A model generated the notes under the pieces. The model worked only from the letters and a program-made list of their open reading frames with translations, was not told the DNA's origin and ran no database searches. Source: a candidate division FCPU426 bacterium (GTDB lineage: Bacteria; Oederibacteriota; Muellerivitia; Muellerivitales; Muellerivitaceae). Taken from it: DNA of 64,000 nt. The position numbers were made by a program, and so were the translations under genes. Positions 41,131 to 52,022 of this stretch are shown in pieces (position 1 is the first letter of the stretch; each line of letters starts with the position of its first letter). The stretch spans positions 160,001-224,000 of the forward strand of contig CAWCKJ010000006.1 of NCBI GenBank assembly GCA_963796105.1. The letters are read 5' to 3'.

Positions 41131-44003
41131 GACGGCTCCTTTCCAACGATTGGAATTTTAACCCGGAAAGTGCTCCCTTTGCCAGGCTTCGATTCGACCG
41201 AAATATCCCCGTTTTGCAGGTTCATGAACTTCTTGGCGATGAACATGCCCAAACCCGCCCCGGACCTGGAAGCTTCGTTGCCCATTACCCGGTCCCGCGT
41301 GAAAATCTTTTCCATGACCTGTGGGGTCATGCCGATCCCGGTATCCTTCACTTCCAGGAAGGCGTAATTATCCTCGGTCTTGGACCGGATGGTGATGGAA
41401 CCCCGGTCGGTGCACTTGATGGCGTTGTTGATGACATTCCTCATGGTTTCCACGGTCTTGTCCCGGTCAGCCATGACGGCCAGGCCCTCCGGAAGATCAT
41501 CCAGGATCAAGTCTAACCCCTTTCGCTGGATTTGGGACTCGTAATCCCGGATGGAAGCGTCGACGATTTGCCGGAGGGGAACCACCTGAACGTCCACGGT
41601 CAAAACCCCCCTTTCGATCTTGGACATGCTCAGGAGATCGGAGATCAAACGGTAGTTTTCCACCCCGATGTCCTTCATATCGGTCAAGTACTCGCGCTGT
41701 TTCGGGTTCAAGCCGCCTGTCAGGCCTTCCAGCATGTTCTCGATGTACCCGTTGATCTCCGCCACGGGCGTCTTGAGCTGGTGGGAAACCACCGAGATCA
41801 GGTCCCTTTTCATCTCGTCGATTTGCTTGCGCGCGGTGATGTCCCTGAGAATTCCCGTGAAGAACAACCCCTGGGGCGTTTTCCAGGAGAAATAGGAAAT
41901 CTCCACGGGGATTTCCTGGCCGTCCTTGCGCAACCCGACCCACTCCAGGGTCTGGTTCGGCAGGGTGGCCCTGCCGGTGGCCAGGTAATTTTGGACCAGG
42001 TCCAGGTTCTCCCGGACGGTTTTTTTGGACATCAAGGAAAAGATGGTCCTGCCGGAGAGCTCGTCGCTGGTGTAGCCGAAGATGCGGCTGACGGCGGGAT
42101 TGGTGAATATGATATGGCCGCTGCCGTTGGTGGAGACAATGCCCTCATTGGCCGACTCGGCCAGGGTCCGGAAGCGCTCCTCGCTGGTCCTGAGGGAAAT
42201 TTCGGCCTCCTTTTGCTCGGTGATGTTCTCGACGACCGCCAGCCGGAACATCGGCTGGCCGTTCAGGTCGAGGATCACGGAGGCGGTCACCATGCACCAT
42301 ATCGGCTGGCCGTCGCTGCCCACGTAGCGTTTCTCGATCTGGTAGCGCGGAAGGGTCTTGTCGAAAATCTTTTGCGAGAGGGCGGATTCGGCCTTGGCGT
42401 CCTCGGGGTAGGTGAATTCCAGGAACGATTTCCCGACCAGGTCGTCCTTGGAATAGCCCAGCATGCCGCAAAAGGCCCGGTTGACGTTGGCGAAGACGTT
42501 GTTGGGGAATGTCAGGGTCAGCCCGATGGGCCCCTCCTCGAAAAGGTTCCGGAAAAATTCCTCCCTTTCCCGGAGGGATTCCATGACGCCCTTTTGGCGG
42601 GTGACGTCGATGAAGGAGGTCAAGGCGAACTTCACCATCCCATGCTCATCCAGGATGGGGGCGCCCCAGGCCTGGAGGGGGATGGTTTTACCGTGGCGCC
42701 GGATTTCCATGTCATCCACGAAGGATTTTTCCCCCGCGATGGCCCTGCTGATGGGGTGTTTCTGGCCGGGGTATGGCTGGTCGCTGGACTCCAGGTATAA
42801 ATTACGGAACTCGGGGGATTGCTCGCCGGGATCATGGCTTTTAATGATGTCCGAGCCGAAAATTTCCTGGAGGACGTGGTTGGCGAAATAGAGCGCCCCG
42901 AAACGGTCCCGCACCAGGACCCCCACGGGAATCTCATCCAGGAACTGGAAGAGCCTGCGCTCGTTGTTCAGGAGGGTCTTGACGAAGAATTTCCGGTCGG
43001 TGATATCGCGGAGAATGGCCGTGTAGAAAGTGCCCTCCGGGGCTTCCCACCTGGAGAGGGACGCCTCCAAGGGGAATTCAGAGGTATCCTTGCGGCGGCC
43101 GTAAATTTCCATGGCCCCGGATTCGGCCGCGGAGGAGACGAATTTCTCGAAGGAAAAGTCCCCGGGATTTTCGGAGGGGCCCTGCGAGATTAAATCGGCG
43201 AGGGGTTTCCCGGCCAGCTCTTGGCTGGAATAACCGAATAGGGTCTCAGCGGAGGGATTTACCCCGTGGATTTGACCCTTGCCGTTCATCGTGATGAAAG
43301 CGTCGTTGGCGGTATCCGTGAATAACTTGAATTTTGTCTCGCTCGCCTTGAGGCGGTTCGCGGTGTTCAGGTTGACGCTGATTTGCCGCTTGATGAAAAG
43401 GTAGGTGGCGAAGCAAATCAAGAGTCCCAGGATGACGGTGAAAACCGTGTAGCCGATGTTTTTCTGGGCGTTTTTTTCCGCCGCGGACCTGGATGTTTCC
43501 TCGAGCCAGGCCTGGATTCCCGCCATGCTCCCCATCAATCTTTTCAACTCGCGGGTTTCTTTTTGCCCGTCCTTTTTTCCAATGTCCGAAACCGCGAGAT
43601 CGAACCGGCCAGCCCGGCACATCGCGAGCCCCTTTTGAATACTTTCCAGTTTTTGCTGGATGAGGAGCTGCAGGCTGTCCGTTTTCCGCTGGAGATCCGA
43701 TTTCCCGGAGGTGACGCGGGACAGTTTTTTAAGGTCCTTTTGAAGCCTCGACATGGCGTCGGAGCAGGAGCCGGCGTAACCCTCGCGCTGGGTCAGCAGG
43801 TAATCGCTGTAATGGGTCTGGGTTTCGAGAAAATCCGAGTAGGTTTTTTGGAGGGTTTGCACGAGGGAACTGGTGTCATCCGACCAGTCCGCGGCGCTTT
43901 GAAGCCAGTCGAAATTGAAATAAGACAACCCGACCACGATGAGAAGGAATAAAAGGATCAGGCTGAAAATCAGGTCGGGTTTTTCGCCGATTTTAAATTT
44001 CAT
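41127..44003 (-). CDS. CHASE3-like plus multi-PAS sensor histidine kinase
   Basis: Two TM helices, 4 PAS, SHQLKTP H-box, DTGIG and GAGLG. Confidence 0.92.
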   Translation of the reverse strand: MKFKIGEKPDLIFSLILLFLLIVVGLSYFNFDWLQSAADWSDDTSSLVQTLQKTYSDFLETQTHYSDYLLTQREGYAGSCSDAMSRLQKDLKKLSRVTSGKSDLQRKTDSLQLLIQQKLESIQKGLAMCRAGRFDLAVSDIGKKDGQKETRELKRLMGSMAGIQAWLEETSRSAAEKNAQKNIGYTVFTVILGLLICFATYLFIKRQISVNLNTANRLKASETKFKLFTDTANDAFITMNGKGQIHGVNPSAETLFGYSSQELAGKPLADLISQGPSENPGDFSFEKFVSSAAESGAMEIYGRRKDTSEFPLEASLSRWEAPEGTFYTAILRDITDRKFFVKTLLNNERRLFQFLDEIPVGVLVRDRFGALYFANHVLQEIFGSDIIKSHDPGEQSPEFRNLYLESSDQPYPGQKHPISRAIAGEKSFVDDMEIRRHGKTIPLQAWGAPILDEHGMVKFALTSFIDVTRQKGVMESLREREEFFRNLFEEGPIGLTLTFPNNVFANVNRAFCGMLGYSKDDLVGKSFLEFTYPEDAKAESALSQKIFDKTLPRYQIEKRYVGSDGQPIWCMVTASVILDLNGQPMFRLAVVENITEQKEAEISLRTSEERFRTLAESANEGIVSTNGSGHIIFTNPAVSRIFGYTSDELSGRTIFSLMSKKTVRENLDLVQNYLATGRATLPNQTLEWVGLRKDGQEIPVEISYFSWKTPQGLFFTGILRDITARKQIDEMKRDLISVVSHQLKTPVAEINGYIENMLEGLTGGLNPKQREYLTDMKDIGVENYRLISDLLSMSKIERGVLTVDVQVVPLRQIVDASIRDYESQIQRKGLDLILDDLPEGLAVMADRDKTVETMRNVINNAIKCTDRGSITIRSKTEDNYAFLEVKDTGIGMTPQVMEKIFTRDRVMGNEASRSGAGLGMFIAKKFMNLQNGDISVESKPGKGSTFRVKIPIVGKEPS

Positions 44004-44197
44004 CGAATTTCCATCCCTGATCGACGCCGATGAAGTTGGAATTTCACTCTGGAAAAATGGATTATCACAGTCTTAGGTTAAACCAAGAACTGGATTAATG
44101 CCACTTTTGAAGATTCCTTATGGATGCGCGGAAATCGCCCTGTTTATGGGGTGGGGGATGATTCGCGGGGAATGAAATAGTCCGTCTTGATCAAAAG

Positions 44198-45733
44198 CTA
44201 GTTTCTCCAGACGCTTCGATCAAGATTCCGATATTGGATTGCCTCCGCCACGTAAGAGGGCTTGATGGCTTCCTCGCCGTCCAAGTCCGCGATGGTGCGG
44301 GCGACCTTCAAGATGCGGTCATAGGCCCTGGCGGAAAGCCCGAATTTTTCCATGGCGGCTTTTAACAAGGATTGGGACGGCTCATCAAGGGCGCAGAACC
44401 GCCTCAGGTGCTGGGTGGTCATCTGTGCGTTGCAATGGATGCCCTCGCTGGAAAACCGGTCTTGCTGAATCTTTCGGGCCTTTTCCACCCTTTCACGGAT
44501 ATCCGCGGAGGATTCCCCTGCCTGATCGCCCGTAATTTCCTTCCATTTCAGGGAAGGAACCTCAATGTGGAGGTCGATGCGGTCCAGGAGGGGACCGGAG
44601 ATTTTGCTGAGGTACTTTTGGATCTGGTGCGGGGTGCAGGTGCATTCCTTGGAATGGTCCGTGTAGTACCCGCAAGGGCAGGGGTTCATGGCCGCGGCCA
44701 GCATGAATTGCGCCGGGAAGGTGAGAGTGGACTGAACCCTGGATATGGTGACCATGCCGTCCTCCAGGGGCTGCCGGAGGACCTCCAAGACGTTCTTGTT
44801 GAACTCGGGGAACTCGTCCAAAAAAAGAACCCCATTGTGGGAAAGGCTGACCTCCCCCGGCTTTGGAATGGTGCCCCCGCCGATGAGTCCCGCGTCCGAG
44901 ACCGTGTGGTGGGGGGAACGAAAGGGGCGGATGGCCGTCAGGGCTTTTCTACGGCCCAGGGTTCCGGCGATGGAATGGATCTTGGTGGTTTGGATGGCCT
45001 CCTCCAAGGATAAGGGAGGAAGAATGGTGGGAAGGCGCTTGGTCAGCATGGTCTTGCCCGAACCGGGCGGGCCGACCAGCAGGATATTATGGCCCCCGGC
45101 CGCGCCGATCTCCAAACCCCGCTTGGCGTTTTCCTGGCCCTTCACATCGGAAAAATCGACTTTATAACTTGAGTGCTGGCGGAATTCCTCCTCCACGTCC
45201 ACGTGGACGCGGGGAAGGGTCTTGGCCCCGCGCAAGAGCTCGTAAGTTTCCCTCAGGGTTTTCACCGCGAAAACCGGCACCTCGCCCACCACCGCGGCTT
45301 CCTTAGCATTTTCGGCCGGAACGAGCAGGCCTTTTACCCCCGCCTCCCTCGCCGCGAGGGAAATGGAGAGGGCACCCCGGATCGGCCGGATTTTCCCGTC
45401 CAAAGCCAGCTCGCCGACCATCCAGTATCCATCCGCGGCTTTTTGAGGGAGCTTGTCCGAGGCCACCAGGATGCCGATTCCCATGGGCAGGTCAAAGGAG
45501 GGCCCCTCTTTTTTGGTGTCCGCCGGGGCCAGGTTGACCGTGATTCTCTGGATGGGAAATTGAAACTGAGAATTGGAGATGGCGCTTTTGACCCGGTCCT
45601 TGGATTCCTTCACCGCGGCGTCGGGAAGCCCCACTGTCTGGAAAGTGGGTAAGCCCGGGCAAATATCCACCTCGCATTCGATGGGATAGGCGTCGATTCC
45701 CAGAAGTGCCGCGCTTCGAATATTCGCTAACAT
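44198..45733 (-). CDS. comM: YifB/ComM Mg-chelatase-like AAA ATPase
   Basis: VGLPDAAVKES, GPPGSGKT, RSPHHT, AMNPCPCG. Confidence 0.93.
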   Translation of the reverse strand: MLANIRSAALLGIDAYPIECEVDICPGLPTFQTVGLPDAAVKESKDRVKSAISNSQFQFPIQRITVNLAPADTKKEGPSFDLPMGIGILVASDKLPQKAADGYWMVGELALDGKIRPIRGALSISLAAREAGVKGLLVPAENAKEAAVVGEVPVFAVKTLRETYELLRGAKTLPRVHVDVEEEFRQHSSYKVDFSDVKGQENAKRGLEIGAAGGHNILLVGPPGSGKTMLTKRLPTILPPLSLEEAIQTTKIHSIAGTLGRRKALTAIRPFRSPHHTVSDAGLIGGGTIPKPGEVSLSHNGVLFLDEFPEFNKNVLEVLRQPLEDGMVTISRVQSTLTFPAQFMLAAAMNPCPCGYYTDHSKECTCTPHQIQKYLSKISGPLLDRIDLHIEVPSLKWKEITGDQAGESSADIRERVEKARKIQQDRFSSEGIHCNAQMTTQHLRRFCALDEPSQSLLKAAMEKFGLSARAYDRILKVARTIADLDGEEAIKPSYVAEAIQYRNLDRSVWRN

Positions 45734-45922
45734 ATATGGAAGATCCTGAACCAAAGGGGTAAAGGGACTGTTTTATTGATAACAAGAGCCATCGGAAGAA
45801 TCAAGAAAATATGCGCTTGAAACACAACAATTATCAGGACGCGCCTCCCCAAACACTTGAAAAACCCCCGGGGGGTGGGTAAGATACGGCCCGCGTAAAA
45901 TCCATGGAAAACAAGGTACTTT

Positions 45923-46210
45923 ATGGCCCCCTCCGTCGAAAAAGTAAAAGTGACTGTTCATGAAAAGGAATATATGGTCGAGCTGTACTTGGAAAAAGGC
46001 AAGACCTTCGCGAAAACCCACATCAATAATTTCGGCGAGGTGGTGGTCCCTGATTTCGGGGGAGGAAATGAAAAGGCCCTGAAGAACATGCAGGCCCGCA
46101 TCGGGAATATCGTCGGGACCATGATGAAGGATGAGGAGCGGGAAAATCGCAGACTGCAATGGAAGCTGGAACAAGAGGCCAAGAAAGAAGAACCGAAACC
46201 AGCCGTATAA
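45923..46210 (+). CDS. Hypothetical protein
   Basis: 95-aa ORF followed by a terminator. Confidence 0.6.
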   Translation: MAPSVEKVKVTVHEKEYMVELYLEKGKTFAKTHINNFGEVVVPDFGGGNEKALKNMQARIGNIVGTMMKDEERENRRLQWKLEQEAKKEEPKPAV

Positions 46211-46242
46211 TTTCTCATAAAAAGAAAAATGTTTTGGGTGTC

Positions 46243-46272
46243 AAAGCCCCGGGTTCACGCCGGGGCTTTTTT
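46243..46272. terminator. Intrinsic terminator
   Basis: AAAGCCCCGG-loop-CCGGGGCTTT followed by a T run, between convergent genes. Confidence 0.8.
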
Positions 46273-46310
46273 ATTTTCCGAGGTTCCCCAAAAAACAGAC
46301 TTCGTTACAA

Positions 46311-46766
46311 TTATTCAATCCAGAAACTGATGACTTCGAGGTTCTTGTTCGCCTGGCGGAGCCGGTTTGAAAGAACCTTGATGATGACATCCATCAATTT
46401 CAAAGCCGTCTGGGGTTTCTCCATCCTCAGGCCCTGGTATCCCTCGAGGGTGATTTGGAAAAGCCCGCAATCGCTTGTGGCGCGGACCGCGGCGGAACGG
46501 GGAAGGCCGTCCAATAGCGCCATTTCGCCGAAGAATTCACCGGCGTTCAAAACCGCGATGGTGTTCTCCTGGTTCTTGACCTTCTTGATGATCTTCACCG
46601 ACCCGGATTTCAGGATGTACATGCTGTCCCCTTTGGAATCCTCATCGAAGACCAATTCGTCTTTTTTAACCGGGATTTCCTCCCCTATGGAAGCCAGCGC
46701 TTCCAGATCGTTTCCGTTGAAACTCTTAAAAGGTCCGTACTTGGTAAGGTAACTTAAATCGGGCAT
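46311..46766 (-). CDS. Cyclic-nucleotide-binding domain protein
   Basis: GEFFGEMALLDGLPRSA. Confidence 0.9.
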   Translation of the reverse strand: MPDLSYLTKYGPFKSFNGNDLEALASIGEEIPVKKDELVFDEDSKGDSMYILKSGSVKIIKKVKNQENTIAVLNAGEFFGEMALLDGLPRSAAVRATSDCGLFQITLEGYQGLRMEKPQTALKLMDVIIKVLSNRLRQANKNLEVISFWIE

Positions 46767-46941
46767 TTGAGGCTCCTTGATTTTCCAACCATTGGCCAAT
46801 ATTTATCACGTCATTGAAAGTCGTAACATAAAACGAAAAGAAACACAATATCACGGCGCGGATTCACAAACCGCATAGTTGTTCCTCGAGCCTTGGAAGC
46901 GCAATATACAAACAGATTCAAGCCTTTTGAAAACAGCGATC

Positions 46942-48855
46942 TTAAAAGAAACCACGCTTTATATTAAATTTGGAAGGCAAGTCAGGCGGCGGGGGAGGGG
47001 GCGGCTCCTTGTTGATGGGCGGGGTTTTATGCTCCGCCACGGGCGGTATGGAGGCCGCGATGGGTTCAGGAGTGGTATCCTCCAGCAGATCATCCCCGCT
47101 GGGATAACCATGCGACTCCTGGATCACCTCGACCGCTTCCAATACCTGGGCTTCCTGCTCCACGTTTTGGGTATCCACCTGCGCGATGGCGTTAAACACC
47201 TCATGCTCGTCCAGCAAGTACCCATCCAAGGCTGAGGCTGGGATAGGCTGGCCCGGGGTGTAAACCGGGATCGAAGAGGGTGTTTCCTCCTCGCCCCCGA
47301 AGTGGATAGGGACGACGTCCAATTCGGGGGGATGAAGGGCCGGATCCTGAGGGTTGTTTTGAGAATTCCCATCTTTCCCCCCTGGAATGGGTGGATTTTC
47401 AGCCATTTTGGACGGGGATGAAACAGCCTCATTCGAGACTGAAATAGGTTCGATGGACTGAGTTGATTGGATTGGGGAAGGAGCGGGAGAAGGCCCCTCC
47501 CCTAATGCCATTCCGGGCTTGGGAGTTTCAACAGCGGTCCCGGTGTTTTTCGACCCTAACGGAAGCGAGGGTTTCTGGGAGGCGGGAGCTGTTCCGGAGG
47601 GAGGGGATGAATCGGTTTTTTCCCCGGGTCGTGGGGGAGTGTCAGACTGGGCCGTCTTCGCGGCCTTGGCTTTAGCCAAGACTTGCTTCAGGTACTCCTT
47701 GGGATCAGTCAGCTTGACGCCGAATTTTTCCTGGGCCGCTTGGGTGGCGGTGACCCCGCTTTCCTGCTGGGGCGCCGATTCTTTTTGGACCAGTCCCTGG
47801 GTCAAATCGGGCGCGTCGTTCCTTTTCAAGTCCAAGATCCGGTCGACGTCCTCAACCGGAATATTCTTGAGCCGCGCGATATGGGATTTCGCCTCCTCCA
47901 CCATGGGGCCTTTTTCATGGATGCGGATGAACTTCTCGAATTCCCCGATGGCTTTTTGGGTAATGCCCTTGTTTTCGTAAACCTGCCCCAAAATGAAATG
48001 GGCGTTGGTATAGCTCGGCTCAAGCTTGATGGCGATCCGGTATTCATTGATGGCTTGTTTGTAGAGCTGGAGTTTGTCGAGGATCAAACCCACCGTGTTA
48101 TGGACCTTGGCGCTTTGCGGATTCAAAGTGATGACCGTTCCGAAGGTCTCGAGGGCCCTTTGCAAGTCGCCTTTTTTCTCGTAGGCGAATCCCAAAGCCA
48201 TGAACGCCCCCTCGAAACGGGGATCCAGCCGGGCGGATTCCTGGAAAGATTTTATGGCCTTATCCAACAGATCCTGCTTGGCGTAAAGGGTCCCCATGTC
48301 GAAAGCCGTCTTGGATTTGTTCTTGCCGCTTTTGGCCGCCTCCTCCAGGCGCTTCAGGGCGACTTCCATGTTCCCCGTTGTGTCCTTGCCGATCCCCAAC
48401 CGGTTGTAAGAATCGGCATAGGAAGGATCCAAGTCCACGGCGATTTGGAAAACCTGCATGGCTTGGGCGTATTGCCCCAGTTCGTAATAGACGTTTCCGA
48501 GGTTGTTATAGAAGGCCGCGACTTTCGGGTTGCGGGAGATGGCGTCCTCGAAGGTCTTGATGGATTCCTGGTACCTTTCGGCCCTGGCCAGGAAAAGGCC
48601 CAGGTTGTTCCAGGCCTCGCTGGAATCGTTGTCGATGGTAATGACCTTGCGGAAAATCTCGATGGCGTTGTCCTGCTGGCCCATGTCGGAATAAAGGAAG
48701 GCCATGGCGGTATGGGCTTCCTTGCAATCGGGGTCGATCTCAAGGGCTTTTTGAAGTTCCTTGAAGGCTTTTGTCGTTTCGCCCTGGTCCGTAAATTTTT
48801 GGGCGGATTCCAAAAGTTCTTTTTTCTTGTCGCTTTTGCTGGTGAATAGTCCCAT
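46942..48855 (-). CDS. TPR protein with disordered Pro-rich C-terminus
   Basis: About 8-9 TPRs (AWNNLG, FYNNLGN). Confidence 0.85.
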   Translation of the reverse strand: MGLFTSKSDKKKELLESAQKFTDQGETTKAFKELQKALEIDPDCKEAHTAMAFLYSDMGQQDNAIEIFRKVITIDNDSSEAWNNLGLFLARAERYQESIKTFEDAISRNPKVAAFYNNLGNVYYELGQYAQAMQVFQIAVDLDPSYADSYNRLGIGKDTTGNMEVALKRLEEAAKSGKNKSKTAFDMGTLYAKQDLLDKAIKSFQESARLDPRFEGAFMALGFAYEKKGDLQRALETFGTVITLNPQSAKVHNTVGLILDKLQLYKQAINEYRIAIKLEPSYTNAHFILGQVYENKGITQKAIGEFEKFIRIHEKGPMVEEAKSHIARLKNIPVEDVDRILDLKRNDAPDLTQGLVQKESAPQQESGVTATQAAQEKFGVKLTDPKEYLKQVLAKAKAAKTAQSDTPPRPGEKTDSSPPSGTAPASQKPSLPLGSKNTGTAVETPKPGMALGEGPSPAPSPIQSTQSIEPISVSNEAVSSPSKMAENPPIPGGKDGNSQNNPQDPALHPPELDVVPIHFGGEEETPSSIPVYTPGQPIPASALDGYLLDEHEVFNAIAQVDTQNVEQEAQVLEAVEVIQESHGYPSGDDLLEDTTPEPIAASIPPVAEHKTPPINKEPPPPPPPDLPSKFNIKRGFF

Positions 48856-48961
48856 GGAAAAAAATTACCTTGGAGATAGAGTGTGAACGGGCGAATGGGG
48901 AGCCATTGTATCGCCCCGGCTTTTCAAAGGTCAACGCAAACCCTTATAAATATAGGGTTTC

Positions 48962-50341
48962 CTAACGGGGGAAACCAGGAGGCATTCCGGTGGGGAAACC
49001 GCCCAAACCCTGGCCCCCCATCAAGTTCTGGACTTTTTGCATCATGCCGCCTTTTTTCACCATTTTTCGCATGAGGTCATATTGCTTGAGCAACTGGTTG
49101 ATTTCGTCTGGCCTGGTTCCGCTACCGGCCGCGATTCTGCGCTTGCGGGAACCATCCAAAAGTTGCGGGAATTTTCTTTCTTTATTCGTCATGGACAACA
49201 AGATGGCTTCCATGCGTTTTATTTTTTTCTCATCCGGGGCGCCGGCCATCATTTGCTTTTTTTTCGCGGCATCCCCCGGCATCATGGAAATCAGCTCCTC
49301 CATGGACCCCATTTTTTTTAACTGGCGGATTTGCTCCAGCAGGTCGTCCATGTTGAAATCGGACGGCTTCGATAGCCTTTGCTTCTCGAAATTGGATTGG
49401 CGGGCGGCTTCCTCCACTTTTTCCACCAGGGACAGGATGTCCCCCAGGCCGAGGATCCGCGAGGCCATGCGGTCCGGATAAAAGGGCTCCAGGCCCTCCA
49501 TCTTTTCGCTGACTCCCACGAACTGAATGGGTATTCCCGTGACGGAGGTGATGGAGAAAACGGCCCCGCCGCGGGCGTCCCCATCCGCCTTGGTCAACAC
49601 CAGACCCGTCAAGGCCAAGCGGGAGTGGAAAGCCTTGGCCACGTTGACGGCGTTTTGTCCCGTCATGGCGTCCACGACCAGCATGACATTCGTGGGTTTA
49701 AGTTTTTGGTGGATCGAGGCGATCTCATCCATCATTTCCTGGTCGATTTGGAGGCGGCCCGCCGTATCCAGGATGAGGATATTGGCGTCGTTCCGAAGAC
49801 AGGTCTTGACGGCTCTCTGGCAGACCTCCAAGGGAGTCTCGCCGGCCTCGGGCCGGAAGAAGGGGACTCTGATTTCCTCGGCGAGGACCGCCAATTGGTC
49901 CACGGCCGCGGGCCGGACCAGGTCCGCCGCCACCAGTCCCGGTTTGCGGCCGTCCTTCTTGAGCCATAAGGCCAGCTTCGCGGCGGTGGTCGTCTTACCT
50001 GTCCCTTGAAGACCCGCCAGCAGGATGAGCGTGGGGGGGGCGGGGGCGAATTTTAATTTGACCGCGTTCCGGTCCTTTGGCGTCAGCAACTGTATCAATT
50101 CATCATGGACAATTTTCACCATGACTTGGCCGGGGGTCAGGCTGAGGGCGACTTCCCGTCCGAGCGATTTTTCTTTCACTTTTTCAAGGAATACCTTGAC
50201 GGTCTCCACGTTCACGTCCGCGTCCAAAAGGGCGAGACGGACCTCCTGCAGGGCCTCCTGGACGTTTTCCTCGGATAATTTTCCATGCCCCCGGAGGTTC
50301 TTGAAGACCTTTTGAATTTTCTCGGTTAACTGCTCGAACAT
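48962..50341 (-). CDS. ffh: Signal recognition particle protein
   Basis: GLQGTGKTTT, DTAGR, TKADGDARGG, M domain. Confidence 0.97.
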   Translation of the reverse strand: MFEQLTEKIQKVFKNLRGHGKLSEENVQEALQEVRLALLDADVNVETVKVFLEKVKEKSLGREVALSLTPGQVMVKIVHDELIQLLTPKDRNAVKLKFAPAPPTLILLAGLQGTGKTTTAAKLALWLKKDGRKPGLVAADLVRPAAVDQLAVLAEEIRVPFFRPEAGETPLEVCQRAVKTCLRNDANILILDTAGRLQIDQEMMDEIASIHQKLKPTNVMLVVDAMTGQNAVNVAKAFHSRLALTGLVLTKADGDARGGAVFSITSVTGIPIQFVGVSEKMEGLEPFYPDRMASRILGLGDILSLVEKVEEAARQSNFEKQRLSKPSDFNMDDLLEQIRQLKKMGSMEELISMMPGDAAKKKQMMAGAPDEKKIKRMEAILLSMTNKERKFPQLLDGSRKRRIAAGSGTRPDEINQLLKQYDLMRKMVKKGGMMQKVQNLMGGQGLGGFPTGMPPGFPR

Positions 50342-50524
50342 GGCGGCCTCACGAGTTGAAATTGAAGAAGGGTAATTTTAAGGGGCTTTCCTGGAAAAGA
50401 AAAGCTGTTCCGCAAACGCGCAAAATACAGCAAGTTGCCATGCTGAAGAAATGGAAAGAAAAGACAAGAGTCCACTCGGAATTTCATTTCGAATGGGCTC
50501 TTTTTACTTGGCGGGAATCTTCTT

Positions 50525-51514
50525 TTAATGGATTAGAAATTGAGTTCCGAAAATATAGGTGGGACCAAGGGATTGAACCCCGATGAGATGGGTCAAAATA
50601 GGAATCTGAATTTTGGCGTATAGCGTGGAATCCCCGCTGATATTCCACCAAATCCCCGGGGTGACATCCACTACCGTCCCTCCCGTATTAGGAGTGTCCC
50701 AAATCCCTGTGCCGCCCATTTTGAGCTCGGTGTCCGAGTCCGCGTAGCGTCCCTCCAGGGCCGCGGAAAGCGCGATGGAATCAAACGCCTGAAGTTGACC
50801 TTGGATCCCGCCGGTATAAGAAGTGCCGAAAGTGTAGTCGTAAACGGGAGAACTCGGGTCGTTCGTGAGGGCCTTGGTGCGGGTGACAATGTTAAAATTA
50901 GCGCTGAGGCTGAAGGTTTCCAAGCGAAGGTTGTAAAGCAAACCCCCATAGATGCCGAGCGCGCCCGTCCCCAATTGGGCGTGTGTATCCAAGTTGTCCC
51001 CCGTGATCAGTGAAGTGAAGTTGGTTTCCCCTGTAGGAAGATAAGTACCCGCGGAAATGGCCAGATCCTGGTGCCGCTTGTTCTTGATATCGGTATCGCT
51101 CAGGAAGAAATAACGGACTCCTATCATGATATCCCCGACCCCGAAAGGCGTACCCTCATCGGGACCTATCTGTTGGGAAAGTGCGAAGGCGGAGGGTGTA
51201 TAAGACCAATACTTTTCCACCAGGGGAAACATGGCGGTCAAGGTCAAATCATCCGTGGGATTATAGGAAAGCGTGGTATTGAGATTGACCTGGCGGACTG
51301 ATTCGGTACTTCCGGTCATATCGTCGCTTTGCGCGCTGGCCGTCAGGTAAATATTCTCGAAAGAAACGCGCCATGAGCCTGTCAAGGGATGAGCGGTTCC
51401 GCAACATGCCATGGGATCCCCGCAGCCGCAGACCGAGCAGGCCAGGAGGGAACTTGATGGAATTAATAACAACGTCTCTGCGATAAAAAATAATAAAACT
51501 TTAAATTTAAGCAT
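50525..51514 (-). CDS. Putative outer-membrane transporter (MetA-pathway-like barrel) with N-terminal CSVCGC
   Basis: Signal peptide, GVGDI, LPTG, QLGTG, NTGG. Confidence 0.6.
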   Translation of the reverse strand: MLKFKVLLFFIAETLLLIPSSSLLACSVCGCGDPMACCGTAHPLTGSWRVSFENIYLTASAQSDDMTGSTESVRQVNLNTTLSYNPTDDLTLTAMFPLVEKYWSYTPSAFALSQQIGPDEGTPFGVGDIMIGVRYFFLSDTDIKNKRHQDLAISAGTYLPTGETNFTSLITGDNLDTHAQLGTGALGIYGGLLYNLRLETFSLSANFNIVTRTKALTNDPSSPVYDYTFGTSYTGGIQGQLQAFDSIALSAALEGRYADSDTELKMGGTGIWDTPNTGGTVVDVTPGIWWNISGDSTLYAKIQIPILTHLIGVQSLGPTYIFGTQFLIH

Positions 51515-51548
51515 GATTTTCTCCTCGGTTGATTTTAAAACCGGATGA

Positions 51549-51941
51549 TTAAACGAGAAAACCTGTTTCAGGAGGGGGAGATGGAGGCTCGGCTGAACAA
51601 CGGAGGATGGAATTTTGAATTGAAAAAAAAGTCAGCTTGGAAAAAACCGCTGGGATGATATAGCTGTTGGAATGAATCCACTTGGTTGGCGTATTGGGAG
51701 AGAGCAGAGAACGGGAATGATCCGGTGAACAGCCGGAGGCATAAAGCCCCGGCGATCTTTGACCGCAGGGGGCTGTGGCGGCCTTTCCGGCGCAACAACA
51801 GATATCCCCGCAGGTATCTTTCATGCCGCAAGTCGCGCAGACCCTTTGCCTGGCCTGCCGAGCGGGGCTTGAAAGATTCAAGAACGGATCGGCAACCGAA
51901 AGGAAAATTAAAATAAGAAGAAGCCCTTTATTAAAAGCCAT
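51549..51941 (-). CDS. Cys-rich exported small protein with Pro-rich C-terminus (DUF2946-like)
   Basis: CATC, C..ICCC, PPSPPP. Confidence 0.55.
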   Translation of the reverse strand: MAFNKGLLLILIFLSVADPFLNLSSPARQARQRVCATCGMKDTCGDICCCAGKAATAPCGQRSPGLYASGCSPDHSRSLLSPNTPTKWIHSNSYIIPAVFSKLTFFSIQNSILRCSAEPPSPPPETGFLV

Positions 51942-52022
51942 GTCCTTAAGTTAAATAGGCTTACTTGGAATTGCAAGGGGATGCATTGGCCCTTCCTGGG
52001 CGGCAAGAAAAGCCGTGGAATA

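Noticed and set aside
41532..48849. Long + strand ORFs (422 aa, 388 aa and others)
   Set aside because: They are antisense to well-supported kinase and TPR genes in GC-rich DNA.
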